The notes under the pieces are model-generated. The model was not told the DNA's origin, ran no database searches, and saw only the letters and a list, made by a program, of their open reading frames with translations. From NCBI GenBank assembly GCA_963674825.1, contig OY771587.1, positions 992,001-1,056,000 of the forward strand: a stretch of 64,000 bases of DNA, written 5' to 3'. A program made the translations under genes and the position numbers. Each line of letters opens with the position of its first letter. The stretch's first letter is position 1. This document shows, one piece after another, positions 19,948 to 28,722 of the stretch. The DNA comes from Candidatus Cloacimonadales bacterium. Its GTDB lineage: Bacteria > Cloacimonadota > Cloacimonadia > Cloacimonadales > JAIOQZ01.

Positions 19948-20408
19948 TGGCCGTGCTGCCCGTTGCGACCGACAAGGCTGTCGCCATCCTGAACCTGACG
20001 AACGACCGGCGCATCACCGCGACGTTCGAGGAACATGCACCCGCCGTGATGCTGCTGCTGAAGCGCGTCTCGGACGCAGATGTGTGGGTCGACCTGCTCT
20101 CTGGAGAGGTGGACGCCGACACCGCCGACAGCTACACCTTCGCCTACTGCTACCTGCTGCTGGCCGAGACCGTTGATCTGCTCAACTTGAAAACGCTCGG
20201 CGAGGGCATCATCAAGACCACCGGCATCGACACGCAGCAGACCGAATTGCTGACCGGAAGCGAGGTGCAGGCGTTTCGCAAACACCTGACCATCAAGGCA
20301 TTGGAAACCATAGAAGATTTTCTCAACGCAGACGGCTACTCGCGACTCCGTGAACTGGCGCTCGGCACCTCCCGACACCGCACCCGCACCAAGGCAAGCG
20401 TGATATGA
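19944..20408 (+). CDS. Phage structural protein (probable head-tail adaptor)
   Basis: Overlapping start/stop within the late operon; function inferred from position only. Confidence 0.55.
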   Translation: MMAVLPVATDKAVAILNLTNDRRITATFEEHAPAVMLLLKRVSDADVWVDLLSGEVDADTADSYTFAYCYLLLAETVDLLNLKTLGEGIIKTTGIDTQQTELLTGSEVQAFRKHLTIKALETIEDFLNADGYSRLRELALGTSRHRTRTKASVI

Positions 20409-20872
20409 CCCCCACCGACAACTCCATCTACCGCGCTATCTTCGCGGCCATCGAGAGCCGTCTGCATCTCATTGGGAGCGTGATCGATGGCGAAGCGCGA
20501 CGCCTGATTCTGGAGCGAGACATCAAGGCGGAGGGTGACTTCCTCGCCAACACGGGCTACGAAGTCGAGGTCGGGAGCGCATCCATCGACCTGATTGTCG
20601 GCTCAAACGTGCCGCACGAGCCGTTCGTGTTGGGCGGCAAGGTACCCTCCTGGACACCACTCGAGCCGCTCAAGGCTTGGGTGGAGCGGAAGAACCTCTC
20701 GTGGGTCGACAAGAAGAGCGGTAAGCAACTCTCCATCGAGCAAATGGCGTACATGATCCGCGCGAAGATCAAGCGCGAGGGCATCCCCGCGAGGAACGTC
20801 TTTGCGGAGGTGATCAGGAACCGTGAGTCGTGGATTTTCCAGCAGCTCGATAGCATCGAGGTGGCGTTATGA
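20405..20872 (+). CDS. Phage neck protein (HK97 gp10-like)
   Basis: VGSNVPHEPFV and PLKAWVERK...IKREGIPAR pattern; operon coupling. Confidence 0.6.
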   Translation: MTPTDNSIYRAIFAAIESRLHLIGSVIDGEARRLILERDIKAEGDFLANTGYEVEVGSASIDLIVGSNVPHEPFVLGGKVPSWTPLEPLKAWVERKNLSWVDKKSGKQLSIEQMAYMIRAKIKREGIPARNVFAEVIRNRESWIFQQLDSIEVAL

Positions 20873-21246
20873 GCTACGCCCAAACCCGCGAACTTATCTG
20901 CCAGGCATTGAACGCTTGCGGTATCGTTTCCGACAACATCCGCTTCCACAAGGACGACGTGCCCTCCGCTTTCCCCGCCGCGATGGTGGTCTTGCAGGGC
21001 GAGAAGGGCGTCAACGGCACGGCTAAGCAATACACATCCATCGAGCACGATGTCGGAGTGTTTCTCATTGTCGATGTCAACGAAACCGACGACTCGGACA
21101 GCGCGGTTCTCGCGCTCTCGGAGCGGTTCCGCGAGCAGTATCGCAAGCACGTTGGACGGGACATCCCGCAGATTGAGTACTACGCCGCCAGAGCCGATTC
21201 GGGCCGTCGGGTCCGCATCGCGAAGGTTTACACGGTGACGCCATGA
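20869..21246 (+). CDS. Probable tail terminator/completion protein
   Basis: Size, FPAAMVV motif and position in the neck cluster. Confidence 0.5.
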   Translation: MSYAQTRELICQALNACGIVSDNIRFHKDDVPSAFPAAMVVLQGEKGVNGTAKQYTSIEHDVGVFLIVDVNETDDSDSAVLALSERFREQYRKHVGRDIPQIEYYAARADSGRRVRIAKVYTVTP

Positions 21247-22433
21247 GAGTGTGCAAGATCGGCGGGTTCAACGTCGGGTACACCGACACCGACGAGTTGC
21301 TCCAGAAGCGGTACGGTGCTGTTTCATCCGACTTAAACAATTGCAAGTGGACTGGCGCGAAGAGACTCACGAAAGCGCAGGAGCAGCGGAAGATCGTTTC
21401 CGCGCCCTACTCGATGTCCAACCTGCTGAAACTGCTGGAGAAAGACGAGTACCATGCTGGATGCGTCGCCGCCAAGATGAACGCGACGGTGATGCAGGTC
21501 GAGGTGAAGGACTCCGGCCTCAAGAAGTGGCTGCTGGAAGCGCAGTATCCGGGCAGTGAGGACGTGTCGTCCGTGCTGGCGGAGTTCCTCAAGTATTACC
21601 TGTCGTGCGGCAACGGCTTTCTGCTCAAGATGCGCAACACGAAGGGTCAATGGGTCGGCTTCGAACGGCTGTTGCCCACCGAGACGCAGATCGTCGAAAA
21701 CTACGACGAGTTCGGCTTCTTCAGACCGGACTTCATCCAGGTCAAGAACGGCAAGAAGACCTTCTTCCCCGGCGCGGACGTCATCCATTTCAAGCAGACG
21801 ACGCACAAGTCGAACGCGTGGGGCGTGGCCTGCCTACCGGTGGCGGTCAACGTCGAGATACTCTCCGAAGTCAAGGTGTTCGACTACAACAACTTCAGGA
21901 ACGGACTGCTCGTCGACTACTTCATGATCGTCGAGGGCGGTTCGCTCCGTGATGACGTGGTCGAGGACGCCGATGGCAACGAGGTGCTCAAGGACGCCTT
22001 CACCGTCATCGAGGAGACGCTGCAGAGCGCGAAGGGCAACAACAAGTCGCACACGACCGTCCTCATCGAAACCGAGAACAAGGACGCTCGTATCCGACTC
22101 GAACCCCTGCGGCAACAGGATCGCGACGGCGGCTTCATCACGCTGAAGAAAGACCTGCGCGAGGGCATCTTCGCGTACCATCGAGTCCCGGCGCGCATCG
22201 TCTCGCAGCTCATTCCGGGGCAGCTCGGCGGCGACAATCGCTCCGACATGCTGATGTTCCACCATTTCGTGATCAAGCCGCTCCAGCACCGGCTCGGACA
22301 GGTGCTATCCAGCGCGTTCAACGCCGAGTTCGGCTGGAAGCTGACCCCCGCCGATTTTGACTTCGGCGACCTGACATCGATCTTCGAGAGCGAAGACGAG
22401 AAACTTTTCAATTCCAATAGATTAGGAGGCTGA
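21243..22433 (+). CDS. Phage portal protein
   Basis: GNGFL, DVIHFK, FRNG, HRVPARIV motifs typical of PBSX/HK97-type portals. Confidence 0.88.
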   Translation: MRVCKIGGFNVGYTDTDELLQKRYGAVSSDLNNCKWTGAKRLTKAQEQRKIVSAPYSMSNLLKLLEKDEYHAGCVAAKMNATVMQVEVKDSGLKKWLLEAQYPGSEDVSSVLAEFLKYYLSCGNGFLLKMRNTKGQWVGFERLLPTETQIVENYDEFGFFRPDFIQVKNGKKTFFPGADVIHFKQTTHKSNAWGVACLPVAVNVEILSEVKVFDYNNFRNGLLVDYFMIVEGGSLRDDVVEDADGNEVLKDAFTVIEETLQSAKGNNKSHTTVLIETENKDARIRLEPLRQQDRDGGFITLKKDLREGIFAYHRVPARIVSQLIPGQLGGDNRSDMLMFHHFVIKPLQHRLGQVLSSAFNAEFGWKLTPADFDFGDLTSIFESEDEKLFNSNRLGG

Positions 22434-22889
22434 ATGACAGAACGTAAAACCGTGCGCAAAGGCGAGTTGCGCAACGTCGAGGTGGAGCTCGTATCGCTGC
22501 TCTTCGACGACATGAACCCCGCCAACCAGAAGGGCTTCGTTGTCAAAGCCGCGAGTGGCAAGGCGTACAAGGTGCGCGGCTCGTCGGTCAAGTTCAAGAG
22601 CGAGACGAAGGGGCGTCAGGGGCGGCTGTTCGTGACGCTGATGGAACCGGACGTGAAGGACGCGCAGGGCGATTTCTACACCGCCGAGGAGATCCAGAAG
22701 GCGTGCGACCACTTCAGTAAGCACGGCATGGTCGGGCGCAACGACATCAACCACAACAACCACCCGATCGACGACTTTTCCGTCGCCGAGAACTACATCC
22801 TCAAAACCGAGGACAGGACGCACTTTCCCGACACACGCATCGGAGCTTGGGTGCAGGTGCTATTTTCGAATTTCAACGGTGATACTTGA
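22434..22889 (+). pseudogene. XkdF-like prohead protease, truncated; major capsid gene absent downstream
   Basis: ELVSLL..PANQKGF, EPDVKDAQGD, DINH, GAWV; GC-rich sequence ends at 22859, at the stop codon of the antisense cargo gene. Confidence 0.75.
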
Positions 22890-23834
22890 ATCAATTGCAT
22901 TTGCAAGGTCTGTAATCTGTGATACTTTGTCTTTAGGAACATTTCTACCAATATGCACTTTTCGGATCCTAATGGTATATGGTATTGAGCCATTCGGAAC
23001 ATGAATTGGATATTTTATATACGAATCATCGAAACGTTCAAGTTGATTCGGGTTGTAGATCAATAATCTTGTTTCTTTTTCCCATGAATAGCGATCCCTT
23101 TTGTAGAAAAATGAAAAACGAAACAATCCATTTATCATTACTTCCTTCATACAATATTGACGCAACCGAAAATTGATCTCACTTATGAAATCGAAATCAT
23201 ATCCTGAATCGTAAGAGACGCGATTAAAACCAATTCGTTCATTTTGTGATGGACCGAAGGAGGAATTTGTTAATACTTGTATCTCAAAACAAACTCCATC
23301 ATCAGAATCAGCATATTCAAGCCAAAAACGATCTTCCAGGTTCCTTGTGAAACACAGAATATGGCCTAAGTTTCGAACTCTATCTGATTGTGGAGATTTG
23401 TTTGGCCTGCCAATATCACAATAAATAGGATTTTCGTTGTGTCTTCGTATTTCTGTCATGTTTTTTTTCGTGCTGCACATTTTTCTGCAGTATTCCTCTG
23501 GCATTAAGTATCCTAAGAGCCCCACTCGTTTGTAAAATTCTGTGAATTCCGCATAATCATTGAGTGATTGAGATTCTAAATTATACATCCTGAAGGCTTT
23601 TTCCTGCAATGCTCCGATAGCATAGTCGCTTTTCATGAAACGATATAGGATATCACCATCACACACTTGAGGAGAACGATCTTTCAAAACCCTCGCAATT
23701 GGGTTTTTATCTTCTTGTATCCATATAAGCTGATGGACATTGATGTCTGCATTGCTGTCAACACCAAATTTTTCAAGGGAGTGTGCCTTTAAAGTGTCAT
23801 TTATAATCCTTATGATCTTTGCTTTATCACTCAT
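22860..23834 (-). CDS. DUF2971-like protein (candidate defence cargo)
   Basis: LYRF, ND..E, ILCFT, FWLEYA..DGVCF, VSY, K...WEKETR motifs; GGAGG RBS; AT-rich. Confidence 0.75.
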   Translation of the reverse strand: MSDKAKIIRIINDTLKAHSLEKFGVDSNADINVHQLIWIQEDKNPIARVLKDRSPQVCDGDILYRFMKSDYAIGALQEKAFRMYNLESQSLNDYAEFTEFYKRVGLLGYLMPEEYCRKMCSTKKNMTEIRRHNENPIYCDIGRPNKSPQSDRVRNLGHILCFTRNLEDRFWLEYADSDDGVCFEIQVLTNSSFGPSQNERIGFNRVSYDSGYDFDFISEINFRLRQYCMKEVMINGLFRFSFFYKRDRYSWEKETRLLIYNPNQLERFDDSYIKYPIHVPNGSIPYTIRIRKVHIGRNVPKDKVSQITDLANAIDSSITVEIRK

Positions 23835-23934
23835 GGTTACCTCCATTTTCAGATTTAGTAACTTGTTGCAAACATGTCAAAAGAAATTTCCACGAGTCCA
23901 TTCATCCCTTCTGGCAAAGGAGGGAAAAGAGGCA

Positions 23935-24129
23935 AAATGGATACTCAAACAGGCGATCAAGGCCCTCGCAGAGCCCATCGTGGACGCCGTTATCAGCGCG
24001 CTGGAGGCTCTGGCCAAGCGTAGCGAGAACACTATCGACGACGCCTTCGTGGCCAAGTTCCGCGAGTTCAAGGAAGCCATCGTCGGCTTCATCCTCGCGC
24101 ACTGCGACAACATCGTCAAACGCGCGTAG
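23935..24129 (+). pseudogene. Small amphipathic phage protein (holin-like), 5' end at cargo junction
   Basis: KWILKQAIKALAEP...LAKRSENTIDDAFV; no in-frame start within the GC-rich segment. Confidence 0.45.
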
Positions 24130-24138
24130 GGAGCGGCC

Positions 24139-24684
24139 ATGCCCGTAGAAAAACCAACCCTACCCACCGGCATGAGCTCTGGCGACCTCGCGAACCTGCT
24201 CAACCAGATCGGCGGCGTGGACGTGTACAACGTCCACGTCGGGGTCGGCGAGCTGACGGAGAGTGAAATCACGGCGATGTTCGCCAGTCAGCCGACGATG
24301 GAGACCGAGATTTCAACAAACTTCGAGGAGCTTGGCGAACTGGCCGAGAAGCCGTTCAAGGTCGAGTCTAAGACCGAGAAGCTCAAGACCCGGCACTACC
24401 AGATCGAGGGTAAGCGCACCAACGTCGTCACCGTGACCATCGTCGGCATCAACGAGGACAAGAAGAACTGGCTCGAGGAGCAGAGTGCAGGCATGGCGCA
24501 GATCACGCTGGTCGCCGTCTCGAAGGACAAGACGCAGGCCGTGCTTATCAACGGCTGTCGCTGGACGGTCGACTGGAGCGGTGAAGCGGACGGTCTCTAC
24601 ACCCAAGAGGTGGCGACCGAGTTCACCGGCAAGACCAGCGGCAAGGTTAGCTTCTTCAACAAGATACCCATAACCGCAACGTAG
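24139..24684 (+). CDS. Probable major tail tube protein
   Basis: 181 aa, beta-rich, upstream of the tail chaperone; GGAG RBS. Confidence 0.6.
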   Translation: MPVEKPTLPTGMSSGDLANLLNQIGGVDVYNVHVGVGELTESEITAMFASQPTMETEISTNFEELGELAEKPFKVESKTEKLKTRHYQIEGKRTNVVTVTIVGINEDKKNWLEEQSAGMAQITLVAVSKDKTQAVLINGCRWTVDWSGEADGLYTQEVATEFTGKTSGKVSFFNKIPITAT

Positions 24685-24689
24685 GAGAC

Positions 24690-24893
24690 ATGATGAACTG
24701 CACATGCGACCCTGAAGTTCGCAAAAAGATATCGGACGTGCACAAGGAAGTCTATGGCAACGGCGATTCGAGCCGTTCGATTGTGACCCGCATCGCGCGT
24801 CTGGAAACGAACATCAAGCTGCTCACGAGCCTGACCGTCAGCCAGTTCTTTCTGCTGGTGGGCGTGGCCGTGAAGACCTTTCTGGGGGCGTGA
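24690..24893 (+). CDS. Small membrane protein (holin/XhlA-like)
   Basis: VYGNG..TRIARLE coiled coil followed by one C-terminal TM helix. Confidence 0.5.
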   Translation: MMNCTCDPEVRKKISDVHKEVYGNGDSSRSIVTRIARLETNIKLLTSLTVSQFFLLVGVAVKTFLGA

Positions 24894-25216
24894 TGGACAT
24901 CAGTTACGCCACCTTTCGCAAGGTGCTCTCAACGCTGCTTCGCAACGATCAACTCCGCGACGGACTGAGCGACCTGCTCGCCGGTAACGAGGTTGAGTTG
25001 AGCGAGGTCGGCTTCCTGGACTTGCTCGAAGAGTCGCACGTCGACATCGACATCCTGCGCATCCTCACCGGACGCGAACCGGAGGCCATCGGGCCGGAAC
25101 AGGCGGCGGAGGCGTTCACGGCTTTTTTCTCGGCTGTCAGAGGCAGTTGGCGCGCGTTTCAGCCCTTGCTCGAAGGTTTGGGCTACACGGCGCAGGTCGA
25201 AGCGGGGACAGCATAG
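24890..25216 (+). CDS. Tail assembly chaperone (G-like)
   Basis: Acidic 108-aa ORF with an in-frame slippery heptamer and an overlapping -1 frame ORF. Confidence 0.7.
   Translation: MMDISYATFRKVLSTLLRNDQLRDGLSDLLAGNEVELSEVGFLDLLEESHVDIDILRILTGREPEAIGPEQAAEAFTAFFSAVRGSWRAFQPLLEGLGYTAQVEAGTA
25123..25129 (+). other. -1 programmed ribosomal frameshift site T TTT TTC
   Basis: X XXY YYZ heptamer in frame with the 24890 ORF; -1 frame open to TAG at 25341. Confidence 0.75.
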
Positions 25217-25341
25217 AACGTCTCGAGATGGCCCTGCGCGGGGCGGGGTTCACGCAAGCCGATTTTTGCGAGCTGAGCCTGCCCGAACTCTACCTCCGCT
25301 ACTGCCTCGCCATCGAAAACACAAGGAAACACAATGGATAG
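25124..25341 (+). CDS. GT-like frameshift extension of the tail chaperone
   Basis: -1 frame ORF ending ...LSLPELYLRY; no good RBS of its own. Confidence 0.65.
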
Positions 25342-26095
25342 TCTGATTACATGGATCGGCGGCAAGAAGCTGCTGCGCAAGAAAATCGCCAGCCTCGTGC
25401 CCGACGACAACACCGGCTACGTGGAGCCGTTCGGCGGGGCCGGTTGGGTGCTGTTTTACCGCGACCGCTGGGCCCGTCTCGAGGTGTACAACGACCTCGA
25501 CTCACGGCTCACGAACCTGTTCCTGCAGGTGAAGTTCCACCCCGACGCGCTGGTGAAAGAACTGGAGCTGATGCCTGCCTCACGCGCCCTGTTCGACGAA
25601 CTGGTCGAGCAGCCCGGCCTCACTGAGCTACAACGGGCCGCGCGATTCCTCTACGTCATCACCCGCTCGTTCGGCGGCAAGGGCGAGCACTTCGGCAGGG
25701 CTTCCACGTCCGGTCCGAGCAGCATGCAGCGCAAGCTGGAGCGTGTCCACGCGCTGAGCAAGCGACTCGACAAGGTGACCATCGAACACCTGCCCTACGA
25801 CGAGCTGATCGCCTTCTACGACCGGCCCGGCGTGTTCTTCTACTGCGATCCGCCCTACGTCCACGGCACGACCTACGCAAACGCGCGTCACTTCGACCAC
25901 GAGCGGCTTCGGGACGTGCTGAAGGGCGTGAAAGGACGCTGGCTGCTCTCCTACGACGACTGCCCCGAGGTGCGCGAGTTGTACGCCGGACACACCATCA
26001 TTCCGGTCAGTCGCGTGAAGGGGATCAACCGGATGCAGGGCGAGAGCATGTTCAAGGAGGTTATCATCGCAAACTACGAGGTGCCAGATGAATAG
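25334..26095 (+). CDS. DNA adenine methyltransferase (Dam/D12 class)
   Basis: WIGGK, YVEPFGGAG, EVYNDLD, DPPY. Confidence 0.92.
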   Translation: MDSLITWIGGKKLLRKKIASLVPDDNTGYVEPFGGAGWVLFYRDRWARLEVYNDLDSRLTNLFLQVKFHPDALVKELELMPASRALFDELVEQPGLTELQRAARFLYVITRSFGGKGEHFGRASTSGPSSMQRKLERVHALSKRLDKVTIEHLPYDELIAFYDRPGVFFYCDPPYVHGTTYANARHFDHERLRDVLKGVKGRWLLSYDDCPEVRELYAGHTIIPVSRVKGINRMQGESMFKEVIIANYEVPDE

Positions 26096-26864
26096 CGTCA
26101 TCGGTTGGGTGGGCGGCAAGCGACTACTGCGCAAGGCGATCCTGCCGCTCATCCCGAAGCACGACACGTACTGCGAACCCTTTGCCGGAGCGGCGTGGAT
26201 ACTCTTCGCCAAGTCGCGCGACCACAAGGAATGGCAGGCAACCAAGGGCCAGAAATACCGCGAAATCCTCAACGACATCAACGGCGAGTTGGTGAATTTC
26301 TGGCGGCATGTGAAGCACCATCCGGCCGCGCTGAAAGCGGAACTCGACCGGTTTCTCGCCTCGCGGGAGCTGTTTCACGAGTTTCTCGATAGCGCGTCGC
26401 GCACCGACCTCGAACGCGCCGTGCGGTTCTACTATGTGCTGGCGTGCTCCTACGGCAGCCTTTCGAGCACCTTCGCTGTTCGTGGTCACCTGACGATGCT
26501 GCCGATCCGGCGCGTGGGCAAGCTCGAAGCCGCCAGCGAACGCCTGCGCGACGTCATCATCGAGCGACTCGACTACGAGGCTGTCATCCGCAAGTACGAC
26601 CGCCCTGCGACCTTCTTCTACATCGACCCGCCGTACTACGAGCGTGAGATGCTCTACGAACGCGACCGGGTAGCGGCGTTCGACCAGCACGAGGAGCTTG
26701 CGATGCTGCTGCGCGAGGTGCAGGGCAAGTGGTTCCTGAGCTACAACGACCATCCCGTCATCCGCGAGCTGTACAAGGGGTTCACCATCGATGTGGTGAA
26801 CACGCGATACTCGGTGTCGGGGACGAACAGGGCAAGCTCAGAGATATTGGTTAGAAATTACTAA
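26088..26864 (+). CDS. Second DNA adenine methyltransferase (Dam/D12 class)
   Basis: WVGGK, YCEPFAGA, NDING, DPPYY. Confidence 0.92.
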   Translation: MNSVIGWVGGKRLLRKAILPLIPKHDTYCEPFAGAAWILFAKSRDHKEWQATKGQKYREILNDINGELVNFWRHVKHHPAALKAELDRFLASRELFHEFLDSASRTDLERAVRFYYVLACSYGSLSSTFAVRGHLTMLPIRRVGKLEAASERLRDVIIERLDYEAVIRKYDRPATFFYIDPPYYEREMLYERDRVAAFDQHEELAMLLREVQGKWFLSYNDHPVIRELYKGFTIDVVNTRYSVSGTNRASSEILVRNY

Positions 26865-26876
26865 AGTATGACTGAA

Positions 26877-27215
26877 TCATTTCTTTGCAGTTTTCCTGTC
26901 CAAAATAGCTTGGAGAACTTTGTGATCCATATAATGAGCCAGCCAATGAGGTTCCTCAAATGGTTTCTTCAGGGACTCCAACCTATCAATCTCATCTTGA
27001 AGTTCCTCAATACTGTACTCGAGGAACCTCGAGAACTTGTCATCCAGTTTTTTGTATGTGAAGTCCTCAAGGCTTTCGTATCCCATGACCTCAAGAAGAA
27101 ACGCAGTATTTGGACGTGCATCTTGGTCAACAGGTACCGATTTAAGGGGTTTGTTGAGCTCCAGACCCAGAAGTTTTCGGACAGTCTCGATACTTGGATA
27201 ATCTGCAGTTGTCAT
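26877..27215 (-). CDS. Small acidic hypothetical cargo protein
   Basis: GGAGG RBS; AT-rich; TTGACA at 27262-27267 on the minus strand. Confidence 0.65.
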   Translation of the reverse strand: MTTADYPSIETVRKLLGLELNKPLKSVPVDQDARPNTAFLLEVMGYESLEDFTYKKLDDKFSRFLEYSIEELQDEIDRLESLKKPFEEPHWLAHYMDHKVLQAILDRKTAKK

Positions 27216-27271
27216 GATTCCTCCTTGTTTGATGTGCTGATGATGAAAGATTGAATGAGGATGTCAAGTAA

Positions 27272-27760
27272 ATGGCAACATTGAAGTTCCGCATCATCAT
27301 CGAGAAGGGCGACGCGAATGCGGCTATCACCGACGTCGAGGCGCAGGTTGACGACCTGAAGCAGAAGGCGGAGGAACCGAAGTCGCTGAAGCTCGACGCG
27401 CAGGCCGCATTGGGCGTTATCCGCGACGTGATGCTGAACCTGTCGTCCCTGAAGTCGGTCATCGATGGCGTCGTGGGTAAGGCGAACGACCTGCTCAACG
27501 CTTCGCTCAAGCAGCGGCAAGCCGTGACCCTGACCAACATCGCGTTCGGCGAGCAATCGGAATCGATGCAGGAGTTTGCGTCACGCATGCAGGCGGTGAC
27601 CAACCACGGCGACGAGGAGCTGCTGCCACTCATGGCGAAGATGCGGCAGACGTTCAAAATGACGACCGAGGAGGTGCAGGCCATCACGCCGTACATCCTC
27701 GATTTCGCGGACGCTAACGCATCCACCGACGTCGAGGCGAAACAAAATAAACGATTATAG
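27272..27760 (+). pseudogene. Tape measure protein, N-terminal remnant
   Basis: Helical Ala/Gln-rich TMP-like N-terminus; GC-rich sequence ends at ~27740 and the ORF stops after 162 aa. Confidence 0.75.
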
Positions 27761-27840
27761 AAATGAAATATTAAACTTGACATGGATCATTTGGTTTGAT
27801 ATGGATTTAATAATTAATCATGACAACATATGGAGGAACC

Positions 27841-28722
27841 ATGAAATATTTTCTTCTCGCTATCGTGTTAATGGCGTACAGCCTGCTTGTAGCCGAAACC
27901 TGGATATACGAAAAGACCGTCGTCGAGCTTCCCATGGGCGAAGCGGAAAATCAGTTGAGCCTTGTACTCGTTCCAGATGGCTACGAAGAAATGGATTCAG
28001 GTCCAACAAGCTTCACCATTGATGAGGACGAAAATATTTACATACTGACTCGACGCAAAAACATCATCAAGAAGTTTGACCGTAATGGCAACTTCATCTG
28101 CGCATCGAAATACGAAAAGGGTGCAGGAGATGTCATCCGATTTCTTGGATATCATAATGGAATGGTTTACACCATGAGTTGGGGGTCTGATCGTCCATAT
28201 GTCCGAAGATATAACAAAGACCTCGAATACATTGGTTGTTCTTCTTTACATAAAGAAAGAGGTCCAACTGTTGGTCTGAGCTTCATTGAAAGCAATGCGG
28301 ATAAGTTTGGTTTACTCATCTACGATGGTCCACAAGCGATACAAGCTGGCGAACTTGTGTTGCAAAATAACCAATATCATCTTAAGAAAATGAAACTGTT
28401 CGATTTCACCTATAAGCCAGTTGACCTGAAAAAGATGTGGCATTCCGATATTGGATATCGATTTATAAATTATGACAGGGATAACTACTTGTATTTCGAG
28501 AACTTGGTTGCTCCATTGACAGCGACAGAACTCGGCATTGTAACGGAAAAAGGTGACTTTATCTCCACGAATGTCGTTTTCGATTCAAATTTAGTTCATG
28601 ACGTTCATTTCTACGATAGAGTTTATCCTTTTGTTTCAAAATCTGGTGTTGCTTATAGCTTGGTTGTTTCCAAGGACAAAATTGAATATGTCCGTTGGTA
28701 TAAAACAGGAGTAGAGAAATGA
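27841..28722 (+). CDS. Secreted hypothetical protein (probable beta-propeller)
   Basis: Signal peptide MKYFLLAIVLMA; NHL-like blade GPTSFTIDEDENIYIL; GGAGG RBS. Confidence 0.7.
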   Translation: MKYFLLAIVLMAYSLLVAETWIYEKTVVELPMGEAENQLSLVLVPDGYEEMDSGPTSFTIDEDENIYILTRRKNIIKKFDRNGNFICASKYEKGAGDVIRFLGYHNGMVYTMSWGSDRPYVRRYNKDLEYIGCSSLHKERGPTVGLSFIESNADKFGLLIYDGPQAIQAGELVLQNNQYHLKKMKLFDFTYKPVDLKKMWHSDIGYRFINYDRDNYLYFENLVAPLTATELGIVTEKGDFISTNVVFDSNLVHDVHFYDRVYPFVSKSGVAYSLVVSKDKIEYVRWYKTGVEK

